Shown: positions 1-10,168, counted from the stretch's first letter. The stretch is DNA of 64,000 nucleotides from an uncultured Candidatus Entotheonella sp. (GCA_965217185.1 OZ244252.1:3680001-3744000); one strand, 5' to 3'. Numbers and translations are program-made. The notes: generated by a model from the sequence alone, not told the origin.

Positions 1-356
1 GCCCGCTTCCCCATCCGGACCATCTGGCGGCGTATGAACGAATAATGCCGGGGGCGGCCAAATATATTTTTCAGGCGTTCGGAGCAGAGGGGGAACATCG
101 GCGTGCCACAGAATCGAAAGTTGCAGGTTCCAATATGCGGTTGGAGTCACGAGGCCAAATCTTCGGATTTGTTATCGCAATGACTGCGCTCATTGGCGGT
201 ATTGGTCTGATGGCTTTCGATAAATCCATCTCGGGAGCAGCAATCAGCCTATCCGCCTTTGCTACTCTGATCGGTGTGTTCGTCTGGTCAAAACGCCAAA
301 AAAAGCGCGAGTTAGGCGAGAAGTCTGATCCTACGGCGCTCGGTAGCATGTGCTGA
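1..356 (+). CDS. DUF2335-like membrane protein, 5'-truncated by window edge
   Basis: Frame is open from base 3: PLPHPDHLAAYERIMPGAAKYIF...EHR, then two hydrophobic helices; resembles the DUF2335 GPLP...Y...PGAA pattern. Confidence 0.7.
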   Translation, partial: PLPHPDHLAAYERIMPGAAKYIFQAFGAEGEHRRATESKVAGSNMRLESRGQIFGFVIAMTALIGGIGLMAFDKSISGAAISLSAFATLIGVFVWSKRQKKRELGEKSDPTALGSMC

Positions 357-386
357 GCCGGCGCAGAGTAATCCGATCGACGCCAT

Positions 387-1478
387 TCAAGACACCGCTC
401 CCAGCACGTTATCGCTTGCCCGCCGGGCCTTGAGGCTTTCGTTCAGCGTGGGATCCTCCCCGACGCCCACCAGCGTCTTGCCAAAGTTGCCGCCCTCCAG
501 CATGGCCCGGAACGCCGTGGGGGCTTGCCTTAGCCCCGGCCACAAGTCCTCCTTGTACTTGATCCGCCCGTCTCGAACCCAGTCCGCCATGTCGGCGAGA
601 AATGCGTCCTGGTGCGTGGCCACGAAGTTTCCGACAACAAGCTGGTGTACCTCGACGTTTTGGCGCTGAAACGTCGACTGCCCCTGGTTGCGCCACGCCT
701 CGTGCGGGTCGTCGGAGGACGGGTTGCCGTACTGCGAAACCAGGCCGCAGAGGCTGATGCGGGAACGCGGGTTGAGCAGCGGCAGGACGGCCTCGAATAC
801 CTTGCCGCCAACGTTCTCAAAGTACGCGTCGATCCCGTCAGGACACGCCGCGGCCAGCGCTTCCGGCAAGTCCGGGCTTTTGTGCGACACACAGGCGTCG
901 AAATCCAGGACGGCGGTCACGAAAGCGCACTTGTTCGGGATACCGGCGATCCCTACCACACGGCACCCGCAGAGCTTGGCAATCTGGCCGACGATCTGCC
1001 CGACACCGCCGGAAGCCGCCGACACCACGACCGTTTCCCCGGCCTTGGGCGCGCACTGGACGTACACCCCTGCGTAGGCCGTCAAGCCGAGCATGCCCAG
1101 CACGCCGATGGCCGTGGAGATGGGGGCCAGCGCCGGATCGATCTGGCGGGGAAACATGTAGGTGAACACCGAAATGCCCTCGCCCGTGAGGCCATACGCT
1201 TGCCAGCCGTTGGTGTTGAAGACGAAATCGCCCTCGCGGTAGGCCGGCATGTTGCTCTCAACCACCTGCGAAACGGTGCGACCGTGACAGACCTCGCCGG
1301 CAGTTTCCAAGCTGCTGCGCCGCCGCCCCCACTGATACGGGTCCAGCGACAGGTAGATGGTGCGCGTCAGCATCTGGTTGGCGCCCGGGCTGGGGATAGG
1401 AGTTTCGATCAGCCGGAAGTCGTCAGCCACCGGCAGCCCGCCGGGCGGCGTGCGCGCGAGTAACCACTGGGTGTTCAT
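387..1478 (-). CDS. NADP-dependent oxidoreductase (MDR, CurA/prostaglandin reductase-like)
   Basis: YLSLDPY, LGMLGLTAY, VSAASGGVG, YFENVGG, GNFGK motifs. Confidence 0.9.
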   Translation of the reverse strand: MNTQWLLARTPPGGLPVADDFRLIETPIPSPGANQMLTRTIYLSLDPYQWGRRRSSLETAGEVCHGRTVSQVVESNMPAYREGDFVFNTNGWQAYGLTGEGISVFTYMFPRQIDPALAPISTAIGVLGMLGLTAYAGVYVQCAPKAGETVVVSAASGGVGQIVGQIAKLCGCRVVGIAGIPNKCAFVTAVLDFDACVSHKSPDLPEALAAACPDGIDAYFENVGGKVFEAVLPLLNPRSRISLCGLVSQYGNPSSDDPHEAWRNQGQSTFQRQNVEVHQLVVGNFVATHQDAFLADMADWVRDGRIKYKEDLWPGLRQAPTAFRAMLEGGNFGKTLVGVGEDPTLNESLKARRASDNVLGAVS

Positions 1479-1585
1479 CAGTGTTTTCCTTGTTCGAGAA
1501 GCGGGGAGAAAATGGCATTGCCAGCAACGGGTGGAGCGGGCAGACTGTTGCCTTGGCGTTTCCGGGGTGTCGGACTGCCCCTGGT

Positions 1586-1608
1586 GGGCGGGGTAAATCC
1601 GCCCCTAC
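1586..1608 (-). repeat. GTAG-type REP-like palindrome
   Basis: Minus strand reads GTAG-gggcggatttaccccgccc, a hairpin, in an intergenic position. Confidence 0.55.
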
Positions 1609-1627
1609 CTACAGAGAGGATCGTGAC

Positions 1628-2980
1628 ATGACGGCATCCACATCCGTTTACAGCTACGCCGCCGAGGAGGCGGCCTACCGGCAGCGCAACCCGCGCTCGG
1701 CGGCGCGGTTTGCCGAGGCGCAGCAAGTCCTGGCCGGGGGCAATTCGCGTCTGACGGCCTTCTTCAAGCCGTTTCCCTTCTACGCTGAGCACGGCGAGGG
1801 CTGCGTGCTGCGGGACGCGGACGGCAACGAGCGCCTCGATTTCTACAACAACGCCACCTCGCTGATCCTCGGGCATAGGGACCCGCAGGTCACCGCGGCG
1901 CTGCAAGCACAGGCCGAAAAGGGCACCGCCTTCGCCAATCCGACCGAGCCGGAGGTGGAGTTGGCCAGTCTACTGACCGCGGCCCTACCTTCGCTGCAGC
2001 GGCTGCGCTTTACGAACAGCGGCACGGAGGGTGTGGCATTGGCGCTGCGGGCGGCGCGGGCGTTTACCGGCAAGTCGAAAATCGCCAAAACGGAGGGAGC
2101 CTATCACGGCACCAGTGACCACGCCAGCATCAGCGTGACGCTCCGCGTGTCAGAGGCGGGGAGCGAGGAAGCGCCCCGCCCGGTGCCGAGCTCGCAGGGG
2201 CTGACGGCCAAGACGCTGGACGACATGATCATCATCCCGTTCAACGACGCCGCGGCGGCCCGGCGCATCATCGAGCAGCACGGCGACGACTTGGCCGCGG
2301 TGATAGTCGAGCCCGTCATGGCCGGCATCGGCTATGTGCCCGCCGAGGCGGCGTTCCTGGAAGCGCTGCGCGAGGCGTGCGACGGACAGCGGACCCTGCT
2401 CATTTTCGACGAGGTACAAACGCTGCGCATGGCCCCCGGCGGCGCCCAGCAGTGGTACGACGTCGTGCCGGACATGAGCTGTCTCGGCAAGATCATCGGC
2501 GGCGGCATGCCGGTGGGGGCGTTCGGCGGCAGGGCCGACGTCATGGCGGCCTTCGACGCCACCGAGGGGGCGCCCGCCATCCCGCACGGCGGCACGTTCA
2601 ACGGCAATCCCATGACCATGCAGGCCGGTCTAGCCACCATGCGCCAGCTTACCCCGGAGGTCTACGAGCAGATCAACGAGCGCGGCGAAACGCTGCGGCA
2701 CCAGCTTGAGGAAATGGCGCGCAGCGCCGGGGTGTCGATTCGCATCAGCGGCATCGCGTCGTTCTTCGGCATGCAACTGACGGACCGCCCGGTGACGACC
2801 TACCGCAGCGCCCAGGGCCAGGACGAGGCGTTGCGCCAGAAGCTCTTTCTGCACTTACTGAATGAGGGGATTTACGTGAACAGTCGGCTGGTGGGCAACA
2901 TCTCGGTGCCCATGGGCCGCCATGAGCTTGACAGCTTCACGGCGGCCTGGGAGAGCTTTCTTGCGAAAGTCAGTGGTTAG
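1628..2980 (+). CDS. Class III PLP aminotransferase (glutamate-1-semialdehyde aminomutase-like)
   Basis: RFTNSGTE, GAYHG, LIFDEV, LGKIIGGGMPVGAFGG, HGGTFNGNP; ATG 1628 follows GAGAGG. Confidence 0.9.
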   Translation: MTASTSVYSYAAEEAAYRQRNPRSAARFAEAQQVLAGGNSRLTAFFKPFPFYAEHGEGCVLRDADGNERLDFYNNATSLILGHRDPQVTAALQAQAEKGTAFANPTEPEVELASLLTAALPSLQRLRFTNSGTEGVALALRAARAFTGKSKIAKTEGAYHGTSDHASISVTLRVSEAGSEEAPRPVPSSQGLTAKTLDDMIIIPFNDAAAARRIIEQHGDDLAAVIVEPVMAGIGYVPAEAAFLEALREACDGQRTLLIFDEVQTLRMAPGGAQQWYDVVPDMSCLGKIIGGGMPVGAFGGRADVMAAFDATEGAPAIPHGGTFNGNPMTMQAGLATMRQLTPEVYEQINERGETLRHQLEEMARSAGVSIRISGIASFFGMQLTDRPVTTYRSAQGQDEALRQKLFLHLLNEGIYVNSRLVGNISVPMGRHELDSFTAAWESFLAKVSG

Positions 2981-3064
2981 TGGTCGGTGCCCAGTGGTTA
3001 GTGAAAAGCAGAGCCAGAGCGATCCAAGGCGGGTAGGTTTTAAGCCACTGACCACTGGTCACTA
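2969..3064. repeat. Inverted heptamer repeats between convergent genes; possible bidirectional terminator
   Basis: cagtggttagtggtcggtg...cagtggttagtg on the left, ccactgaccactggtcacta on the right. Confidence 0.6.
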
Positions 3065-3880
3065 TCCACCGGGTTTCTCGGCAATGTAGGCCACCTGCCC
3101 AAGACGGCCGGAGGTGGTGTATTGCTGGCTCATCTGCAGGCGGTCGAGCCCTTCGAGATAGCGCTCGGTGCCCCGGATGGCCGCGAACTCTTCGCGGCGT
3201 GCGGTGAAGCCCTCGACGAGGCGGGTGTAGAACCGCGCGGCGTAGGCGGACGACACGTCCCGGACGGTCAGGTGCAGGCCTGCTGCCTCAATCGCCTCGG
3301 CATAGCTCCGGGGCGTTTCCAGTTCGGGGAAATGCCAAACCTTAAAAAAATGCTCGCGCCTCTCGGCAGGCAACGGGCGCCGCTCCGTGTGGTCAAAAAT
3401 TGCCATGCGGCCGCCGGGCTTCAGGAGGGCTGCGCAGCGCTGGATCAGGGCGGCGCGCTGCGGGATGTGGCACCAGGTGTCGTAGGTGATCACGACGTCG
3501 AACGAGTCGGGTGGCAGATCGATGTCCTGAATGTCGCCCAGGCGAAACTGCACCCGGTCGTCGAGGCCGGCTTCCTTCGCCTGTGCCACGGCCCGTTCGT
3601 GGCCGACGGCGGAAACGTCCACGCCGAGCACCTGGCAGTCGAGTTGCTCGGCGAAAAAGCACGCCGGGCCGCCCGTGCCGCTGCCCACGTCCAGAACCGA
3701 CGTTCCGGCGCCGACCCCAGCCCGGCGCGCGAAGATGAGCATTTCCCGCGGCAGCAGGGTGCATTCCTGGCCGACGAAATCGCCCCCGTATCCCAGTGCA
3801 GCTGATGACACCGAGCCACTGCGCAGCGCGTCGTAAAAGCTCGCTGCCGCGGCGCCTGCCTCGCGTTGCGTTTTGTCCAT
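3062..3880 (-). CDS. Class I SAM-dependent methyltransferase
   Basis: VLDVGSGTGG motif I, GVDVS, SFDVV, LKPGG. Confidence 0.9.
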   Translation of the reverse strand: MDKTQREAGAAAASFYDALRSGSVSSAALGYGGDFVGQECTLLPREMLIFARRAGVGAGTSVLDVGSGTGGPACFFAEQLDCQVLGVDVSAVGHERAVAQAKEAGLDDRVQFRLGDIQDIDLPPDSFDVVITYDTWCHIPQRAALIQRCAALLKPGGRMAIFDHTERRPLPAERREHFFKVWHFPELETPRSYAEAIEAAGLHLTVRDVSSAYAARFYTRLVEGFTARREEFAAIRGTERYLEGLDRLQMSQQYTTSGRLGQVAYIAEKPGG

Positions 3881-3912
3881 TTGTTTGTCCTCTCCCGCCG
3901 CCCGTGCCGACC

Positions 3913-4740
3913 TCAGGCAAGCCAGCGTTTGCGGCGCCGATAGTGTTTGACGTCGCGGTAGCTGCGGCGCCCGGCAGTGCCCAATCCCAGATAGAATTCC
4001 TTCACGTCCTCGTTGGTGCGCAGGGTCTCGGCGTCGCCATCCAGCACCACCCTGCCGTTTTCCAGCACATAGCCATAGTCGGCGACCCGCAGCGCCACCG
4101 TGGCGTTCTGCTCGGCGAGAAGGAAGCTGACGCCCTCCTCACGGTTCAGTCGCGCCACGATGTCGAAAATTTCCGCCACCAGCTGGGGCGCCAGGCCCAT
4201 GGACGGCTCGTCCAGCAGAATGAGCTTGGGACGGGCCATCAGGGCGCGTCCGATGACCATCATCTGCTGCTCGCCGCCCGACACGTAGCCGGCTTTGGCA
4301 TGCCGCCGCTCGGCCAGCCGCGGGAAGTAGGTGTACACCATGTCCATGTCCCGTTGCAGCGCCGTGCGCCCGTCGTGCCGCGTGTAGGCGCCGGTCAGCA
4401 GGTTCTCCTCGCAGGTGAGGTGTCCGAACGGGTGGCGCCCCTCCATCACCTGGATGATGCCCTGGCGCACCAGGGCCGACGGGTTGAGCCGGTCGATCCG
4501 CTGGCCCTGGTATTCGATGCTGCCCTTGGTGACCTCGCCGCGCTCGACGCGCAGCAGGTTGGAGATGGCTTTCAGCGTCGTCGTCTTGCCCGCTCCGTTG
4601 GCGCCGAGCAGGGTGACGATGCGCCCCTCCGGCACCTGCAGGGAGACGCCCTTGAGGACGAGGATGACGTGGTCGTAGATGACCTCGATGTTGTTGACGT
4701 TCAGGAACGTCTGGCTCGACGCAGTCGTGGCGGCAGTCAC
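3913..4740 (-). CDS. ABC transporter ATP-binding protein (LivF-like)
   Basis: GANGAGKT, SGGEQQM, LLDEPSMGLAP. Confidence 0.93.
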   Translation of the reverse strand: MTAATTASSQTFLNVNNIEVIYDHVILVLKGVSLQVPEGRIVTLLGANGAGKTTTLKAISNLLRVERGEVTKGSIEYQGQRIDRLNPSALVRQGIIQVMEGRHPFGHLTCEENLLTGAYTRHDGRTALQRDMDMVYTYFPRLAERRHAKAGYVSGGEQQMMVIGRALMARPKLILLDEPSMGLAPQLVAEIFDIVARLNREEGVSFLLAEQNATVALRVADYGYVLENGRVVLDGDAETLRTNEDVKEFYLGLGTAGRRSYRDVKHYRRRKRWLA

Positions 4741-4752
4741 AGGCGCTCCACC

Positions 4753-6081
4753 TTACCCTTCCGCGGCGCAATCGCGCGGCGTGATGTTGTTTTCCTTGGC
4801 ATATTCCGCTGCCGCCTTCTCGATCTGCGCCCGCACCACCTCGCGCATCGGGCTGATCCAGTCGCTCACCTTGTCCCACGTCTGGCCGTTCCACTGCTGG
4901 ATGTACACGGGCCCGTTGCCCTCGTGGTCTTCGCAGGTAACTTTGAGGGGCTGTGCGAAACCGGCGAGGCCGAGCTCGCCCAGGCGTTCCGTGGTGAGAT
5001 CCAGGTTCTCCAGGCCCCAGCGCACCTGCTCGCCCGTCATCGGCTGGTCGCCGTAGCGGCCCATGGCGGTGCGGATGGCTTCGGTGTCGTACACGGCGTT
5101 CATGATGCCGCGGTTGTACAGCACCTCGCCGAAGTTGTGGCCCGCGGCGGCCGCCTGATCGCCGCCGTACACCTGCGACAGGATGGCCTCGTGCACCGGA
5201 AAGCCCGCCCCAGCGCCGTGGAAGTTGCCGGCTTTGTAGCCGATAGCGCCGTCACCCGCAGGCACGACGTCCGATTCGGTCCCCGACCACCACACGCCGA
5301 TGAAGCGGTCCATCGGGTAGCGGATGGAGGCGGCTTCCTTGATCGCCACTTGGTTCATGACGCCCCAGCCCCACATGAAAATCCAGTCCGGACGGTAGCG
5401 GCGAACCTGCAGCCAAGTGGATTTCTGCTCCTGCCCCGGATGATCGATGGCGAGCAGCTTGAGGTCGTAGCCGTATTTTTCGGCGAGAATCGTCAGCGTC
5501 GGAATCGGCTCCTTGCCGTACGGGCTGTTGTGGTACACCAAGGCGATTTTCTTGCCCTTCAGCGCCTCCATGCCGCCTTCCTGCTGCCCGACGTATTTGA
5601 CAAAAGCGGATACCTGGCTCCAGTACGTGGTGGGGAAATTGAAGGTCCACTTGAAGATGCGCCCGTCAGCCGCCGCGGTGCGCCCGTAGCCCATCGAGTG
5701 GATGGGCAGCTTGTCCACCGACGCCTTGGGGATGAGCTGATAGGTGATGCCGGTGCTGTAGGGATTGATCAGCGAGGCGCCCGTTGCGCCTCTGTTTTTC
5801 AGCCTTTCGTAGCACTCGACGCCCAGCTTGGTGTTGTACTTCGTCTCGCACTCTTCCCAGGTGATCTTGACGCCGTTGATGCCGCCGTCGCGCGCGTTGA
5901 GCAGCTTGATGTAATCGACATAGCCGTTGGCCACCGGGATGCCGTTCGGCGCATAAGGCCCCGTGCGGTACACGAAAAGCGGGATGAACTGCTCGTCCTG
6001 GCCCCACACCGGAGCCACCATGAGCACCGCCACCAGCAACGCCATCCCGGCCCACACGCCGGGCATTTTGATACGTTTCAT
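4753..6081 (-). CDS. ABC transporter substrate-binding protein (Liv/HAAT type)
   Basis: Signal peptide; YRTGPYA, RDGGING, YGKEPI; Liv-type partner genes. Confidence 0.9.
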   Translation of the reverse strand: MKRIKMPGVWAGMALLVAVLMVAPVWGQDEQFIPLFVYRTGPYAPNGIPVANGYVDYIKLLNARDGGINGVKITWEECETKYNTKLGVECYERLKNRGATGASLINPYSTGITYQLIPKASVDKLPIHSMGYGRTAAADGRIFKWTFNFPTTYWSQVSAFVKYVGQQEGGMEALKGKKIALVYHNSPYGKEPIPTLTILAEKYGYDLKLLAIDHPGQEQKSTWLQVRRYRPDWIFMWGWGVMNQVAIKEAASIRYPMDRFIGVWWSGTESDVVPAGDGAIGYKAGNFHGAGAGFPVHEAILSQVYGGDQAAAAGHNFGEVLYNRGIMNAVYDTEAIRTAMGRYGDQPMTGEQVRWGLENLDLTTERLGELGLAGFAQPLKVTCEDHEGNGPVYIQQWNGQTWDKVSDWISPMREVVRAQIEKAAAEYAKENNITPRDCAAEG

Positions 6082-6141
6082 GACAAACCTCCATCGAAAG
6101 TTGGCAAGGGATTGATTTATCGGCAGAATGCGCCGTTGTCG

Positions 6142-6200
6142 TCCTGGATCAGGTGGCGGCTATTGTAAACGCGCCCGGCGCGTTAACGCAAATTGGTGAG
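6142..6200 (-). repeat. Copy 1 of an imperfect direct repeat; promoter-like
   Basis: tcctggatcaggtgg...taacgcaaattggtgag matches 12240-12298; minus strand TTGCGT-N18-TACAAT with palindrome aacgcgcc-c-ggcgcgtt in the spacer. Confidence 0.7.
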
Positions 6201-6207
6201 CCGCTCT

Positions 6208-6960
6208 TGATCGGCCCCCACGGCGTGGTCCAATCCGAATGTTAGTTCATGTTCAACGTCGGCTCCAATGAATACGTGACAAGGCTTGATCGAACCCCCT
6301 GGATTGTCCGCAGACCGCCAGGCTGCCCAGTCGGCCGTGTAGCTAACGCAGGCACCACGACCTCCGGCGCCGGTGCTCGGTAGCCAAGCGAGGCATGCGG
6401 CCTCACCCTTGTTGTAGTGCCGACGCCAACTCTCAATCACAACCTGTGCCTCCCTAAGCGTGTAGAACACCTCGCCATTCAGTAGCTCGTCACGCAACCG
6501 CGCGTTGAAACTCTCGACATAGCCGTTCTCCCACGGACTGCCAGGCGTGATGTAGATGCCGTCTTGGCGCCGAGCGCGACAACCCACTCTTGAACAGCTT
6601 TGGCGATGAATTCCGGACCATTGTCGGAGCGGATATACCCTGGGGCACCACGCAGGATGAACAACTCCGCCAGCAACTCGATAACATCGACGGACTTGAG
6701 CCGGCGCGCCACCCGGATGGCGAGGCATTCGCGGGTGAATTCATCGATCGTGTTGAGCATCCGGTACTTGCGCCCGTCATGGGTGCGGTCCCGGGCGAAG
6801 TCATAACTCCAGACGTGGTTTGCATGCTCGGCCCGCAGGCGCATGCACGAGCCGTCGGCGAGCCACAGGCGCCGACGCTTCGGTTGCTTGGCCGGCACCT
6901 TGAGCCCCTCACGCCGCCAGATGCGCTCCACCCGCTTGTCGTTGACCACCCAGCCGCGGC
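6208..6960 (-). mobile_element. IS3-family remnant: frameshifted orfB (rve integrase core) and right end
   Basis: VNDKRVERIWRREGL, WSYDF, IRSDNGPEF, then PGSPWENGYVESFN in another frame; end starts TGATCGGCCCCC; no orfA. Confidence 0.88.
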
Positions 6961-7198
6961 CTGGTGTCGTGCATCGTTCCGAGCCCTGCCATTTCGGCCA
7001 AAGCGGCTGTATTTTCCTGTCGGGACGGATCGCGGGCACGTTCGACAGAGGCGACGCCTCGGCCGAATCGTGACGAGAGGTCGGTTGCTGACGCGGAGGG
7101 CGTATTGACCGGCCGGCTTCTCAGGGCACGCGACGAAACGTAAAAAGCAGATAAACCCGTACTGGAGGGAACGGTCTTCCTGGGTCCCGGAGACCGAT

Positions 7199-7816
7199 TC
7201 ATGCGTGGTACAGTCCCTGGGCTCTGGCCAAGAGATCAATAACTGCTGCATTCAGATTCGCCTCAAGCTGCATCCATATGGGCGTCCCCGCGCTATCCAA
7301 CGGGTAGCCGTGCGGGTCTGTATGGGGGCCGTTCCAGCGAAATCCAAATCCCATCCACCCGTCCCACATGCCGATCATGTAGGCGCAGTTCCCCGGTCCC
7401 TTGTTCAACACGACGGCAAAGGGCCCCAATTCATTTTCCGGTCCCGTCACCTCTTCCGGCCGCCGGTAGTAGGCATGCGGGTTCTCCTGCTTTTCATCAA
7501 GATAATATCCGTCTGCAAGCACCGGACCCAAGAATGCTCTCGTTTCCCGCTGCGCTTCGGGCGACAGAATGTTCGCGATAATCGCGGGGTACAGGGCTGC
7601 ATCAAGGGTTACACACGGACGGTACCCGACTGGGGCGCCCTCTATCCAGCGAAAACCGATTCTTGGTTGGTTTCCCCACCTCACAAGCCTGTACTCGTAA
7701 GCAGCACCTGCAGGGGCAACCCCATGGAAAACAACGTCGCCATCCCAAGCTTTCCCACCTACACTTGTAGGCATAAATCTCCTCCCTGGCTTTCCCATAA
7801 AGCGGAGGATTTCCAC
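7199..7816 (-). CDS. Hypothetical protein with an internally duplicated domain
   Basis: Two similar units: AYEYRLVRWGNQPRIGFRW and AYMIGMWDGWMGFGFRWNG. Confidence 0.65.
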   Translation of the reverse strand: MEILRFMGKPGRRFMPTSVGGKAWDGDVVFHGVAPAGAAYEYRLVRWGNQPRIGFRWIEGAPVGYRPCVTLDAALYPAIIANILSPEAQRETRAFLGPVLADGYYLDEKQENPHAYYRRPEEVTGPENELGPFAVVLNKGPGNCAYMIGMWDGWMGFGFRWNGPHTDPHGYPLDSAGTPIWMQLEANLNAAVIDLLARAQGLYHA

Positions 7817-8437
7817 GGAATCCCCCTGCTAGGCAATAGCGAGCTGCGCGCCCCCTGGGCTTCAGCCGCCGACCACATCCTTAGAGAGCCTCTTCGGACA
7901 GTTTGCCCAGGTTGGCGCACTGTTCCTGTTCGCTGGATGCGACTTTCTGCTGATCCGTCATGCTTGTGCCTCCTCTCAAAGGAACTGTCCAGGTCGGGTA
8001 ACGTCCCGTGACCGAGCTTACGCCGCTGTCGGAGGCAGTTGGCGGTGGTTCGGGTCGTAGTCGGGATGATCGTAGGGACAACTGTGCCACCGCCCCCGAC
8101 GATGCCCTTCATGATCTCTTCGACCGGCGACTCGACTCCGGTCTACCCTGACACAGTCAGCTTGGAAACGTCCTGCTCCGCCATCGACATCTCTTTTCAC
8201 TGTCCGACAGTTGGTCACGCCACAATTTTAGAAAGGGCATAGCAAGGCTGGAAACGGCAGTGCAAGTTTTCCACCCATTTGGGAGTCGAAACACGGTCTC
8301 TGGTCGGTTCACGACAGAGGGTTCCAAGCCGCCGGGAAACAGCTACCCCCATTCGCCTACTGCTACCGCGCCAGTTGCCGACTCTACTCCAATGATTGTC
8401 ACGGGCCGAGTAGTGGAGCGCTTGGCGCGCGGCCTGG

Positions 8438-8845
8438 GTGAGGTGCTGCACGAGACGGGCGGCCCCAGGTCCAGGCGGGTGGATCGGCGCTGCGGATGGA
8501 AGTCGAGGCGGTGGTGCAGGCCCTGCGGCTGCTCAGGAGGGAGTGGGCGGAGCTGGGCGACTCGTGATCGCGTCGGACGCAAAGGCGCTGATCGAGGCCT
8601 TGGTGCGTCGGAGCCGCGGGGATCCGATGACGGGAATGGTGCTCCTCGAGCACCCGGCCTTGCTTCGGGAACTGGAGCGGTGGCCGGGGTGGCCAGTACG
8701 TTGGGTGTGGGTGCGGTCGCATAGCGGCAACGCGCATCACAACCAGGTGGACCGGATTGCCTACCGCATGGCGTCTGAGGGACGCGAGTCGGTGGCGGTG
8801 GCGTCGTCTTCGTCGCTGGCACTGGCGCCGTGGTTCACTTCATAG
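8438..8845 (+). pseudogene. Degraded RNase HI-like gene
   Basis: PGPGGW; LRMEVEAVVQAL in a shifted frame; IASD; VRWVWVRSHSGNAHHNQVDRIA, i.e. RNase H motifs in the expected order. Confidence 0.7.
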
Positions 8846-8865
8846 GCGCCGGAATCCTCGCCTTG

Positions 8866-9192
8866 TCAACATGGATCACTCCTTCCTGTCGCGCCACTTC
8901 CGTTGCCAGCGCTTGTTAAACGAAGACGCAGTCCCAGCGCGTTTACGGTCTTGAGCACGGTGGCAAAGAGCGGATTGCCGTTGCCTGACAGCGCTTTGTA
9001 GAGACTCTCCCTACTGCAACCGATGTCCGCAGCGACTTTTGTCATGCCTTTTGCCTTGGCAATGTCACCGAGAGCCGCAGTGATCAACTGCGGGTCGCCG
9101 TCTTCGAGGGCTGCCTCCAGGTAAGCGTCAATGTCGGCGTCGGTTTTGAGGTAATCTGCGGCATCCCAAGGTCGAGTGCGTACTTTTTCCAT
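8866..9192 (-). CDS. Addiction module antitoxin (HTH)
   Basis: WDAADYL, ALGDIAKAKGMTKVA, RESLYKALSGNGNP. Confidence 0.9.
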   Translation of the reverse strand: MEKVRTRPWDAADYLKTDADIDAYLEAALEDGDPQLITAALGDIAKAKGMTKVAADIGCSRESLYKALSGNGNPLFATVLKTVNALGLRLRLTSAGNGSGATGRSDPC

Positions 9193-9503
9193 TACTTTTG
9201 CTCCTTGGAGAGGATTCGCGCCAGGTTGCGGGCTTTCGTGATGTCGTCGGCTTGGCTGCTTTTGTCTCCGCCAGCGAGCAGGATGACCAAGGCCGCTTCT
9301 TGCTTCAGGAAATACACACGGTAGCCCGGCCCATAGTCAATGCGGAGCTCCGATACGCCACCTCCGACCGGCCGGACATCGCCAGGGTTGCCCAACGACA
9401 ACCGTCGGATACGGATGGCGATGCGCGCCTTTGCCTGCCGGTCCCGGAGCTTCTCGAGCCATTGTGCGTACACGTCAGTTTGCCGAATCTCGATCATTGG
9501 CAT
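9192..9503 (-). CDS. RelE/HigB-like addiction module toxin
   Basis: GNPGDVRPVGGGVSELRIDYGPGYRVYF, LLAGGDKSSQ; overlaps the antitoxin start. Confidence 0.9.
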   Translation of the reverse strand: MPMIEIRQTDVYAQWLEKLRDRQAKARIAIRIRRLSLGNPGDVRPVGGGVSELRIDYGPGYRVYFLKQEAALVILLAGGDKSSQADDITKARNLARILSKEQK

Positions 9504-9823
9504 ATTGTATCCTGTAAGCTACAACATGCCAAGCTGATCCAAGTCCCTCACGACCCCCCTCTGGAAAAACGTCTCAGATCGAATCCTCGCGCGAAAAATT
9601 CGGTGGTCGCGTCCGGATTTTGGCGAAACGGGCCAGATCGGGTCGTGGTGCGGGTCTTGGTCGATGTGGGCGTCGCCCCCCAGTCAATACGTATCCGCCA
9701 ACAATCGAGGCAACATCCTTATCAGGGACGTGACGTGTTGGGGTTCGCCAACAGTATCCGCCCGTTTTTCTCATACTTCTCACCGATAACGTATTTCCGC
9801 GACTCGGCGGCTTGTTTGATAAG

Positions 9824-9843
9824 TGTTGTCATAAATGACAACA
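9824..9843. promoter_or_regulatory. Palindromic operator upstream of a TA pair
   Basis: Perfect inverted repeat tgttgtcat-aa-atgacaaca just before the toxin ATG at 9850. Confidence 0.65.
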
Positions 9844-9849
9844 TATGGC

Positions 9850-10168
9850 ATGAGTCACGATACAAGGCCTATCGGATGGGTCCGAGCTGCACGAAAGGTA
9901 TTCGAGACTTTCCCCGTGGCGGTGCGGGATCGCGTCAGCACGGCCCTGACGATTGCCGCTGAAGGGGCTCGGGGCGGGTGTCATGGAAATCGCAGTGCGG
10001 TACCGGACCGATGCCTGGCGGGTTGTCTATGTGATGGAAGTTGCCGGACAACTATGGGTGATCCATGCGTTCCGGAAGAAATCGAAGACGGGGATCAAGA
10101 CCCCGAAGGCCGAGATCGATTTGGCCAGGGACCGGCTGGGTCGACTGAAAAGGGAGCTGTTACCATGA
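9850..10168 (+). pseudogene. RelE/Gp49-like toxin, frameshifted
   Basis: N-terminus MSHDTRPIGW...ALTIAAEG and C-terminus PLKGLGAGVMEI...HAFRKKSKTGIKTP lie in different frames, joined near 9955-9966. Confidence 0.8.

Noticed and set aside
3796..6168. 790 aa plus-strand ORF and similar long ORFs (e.g. 26611-28281, 20581-22092, 36359-37750)
   Set aside because: Antisense shadows of well-supported genes in GC-rich DNA; no motifs of their own
6181..6200. gttaac-containing site as an integron attC
   Set aside because: No complementary attC arms, cassette array or integrase; better explained as part of the direct repeat
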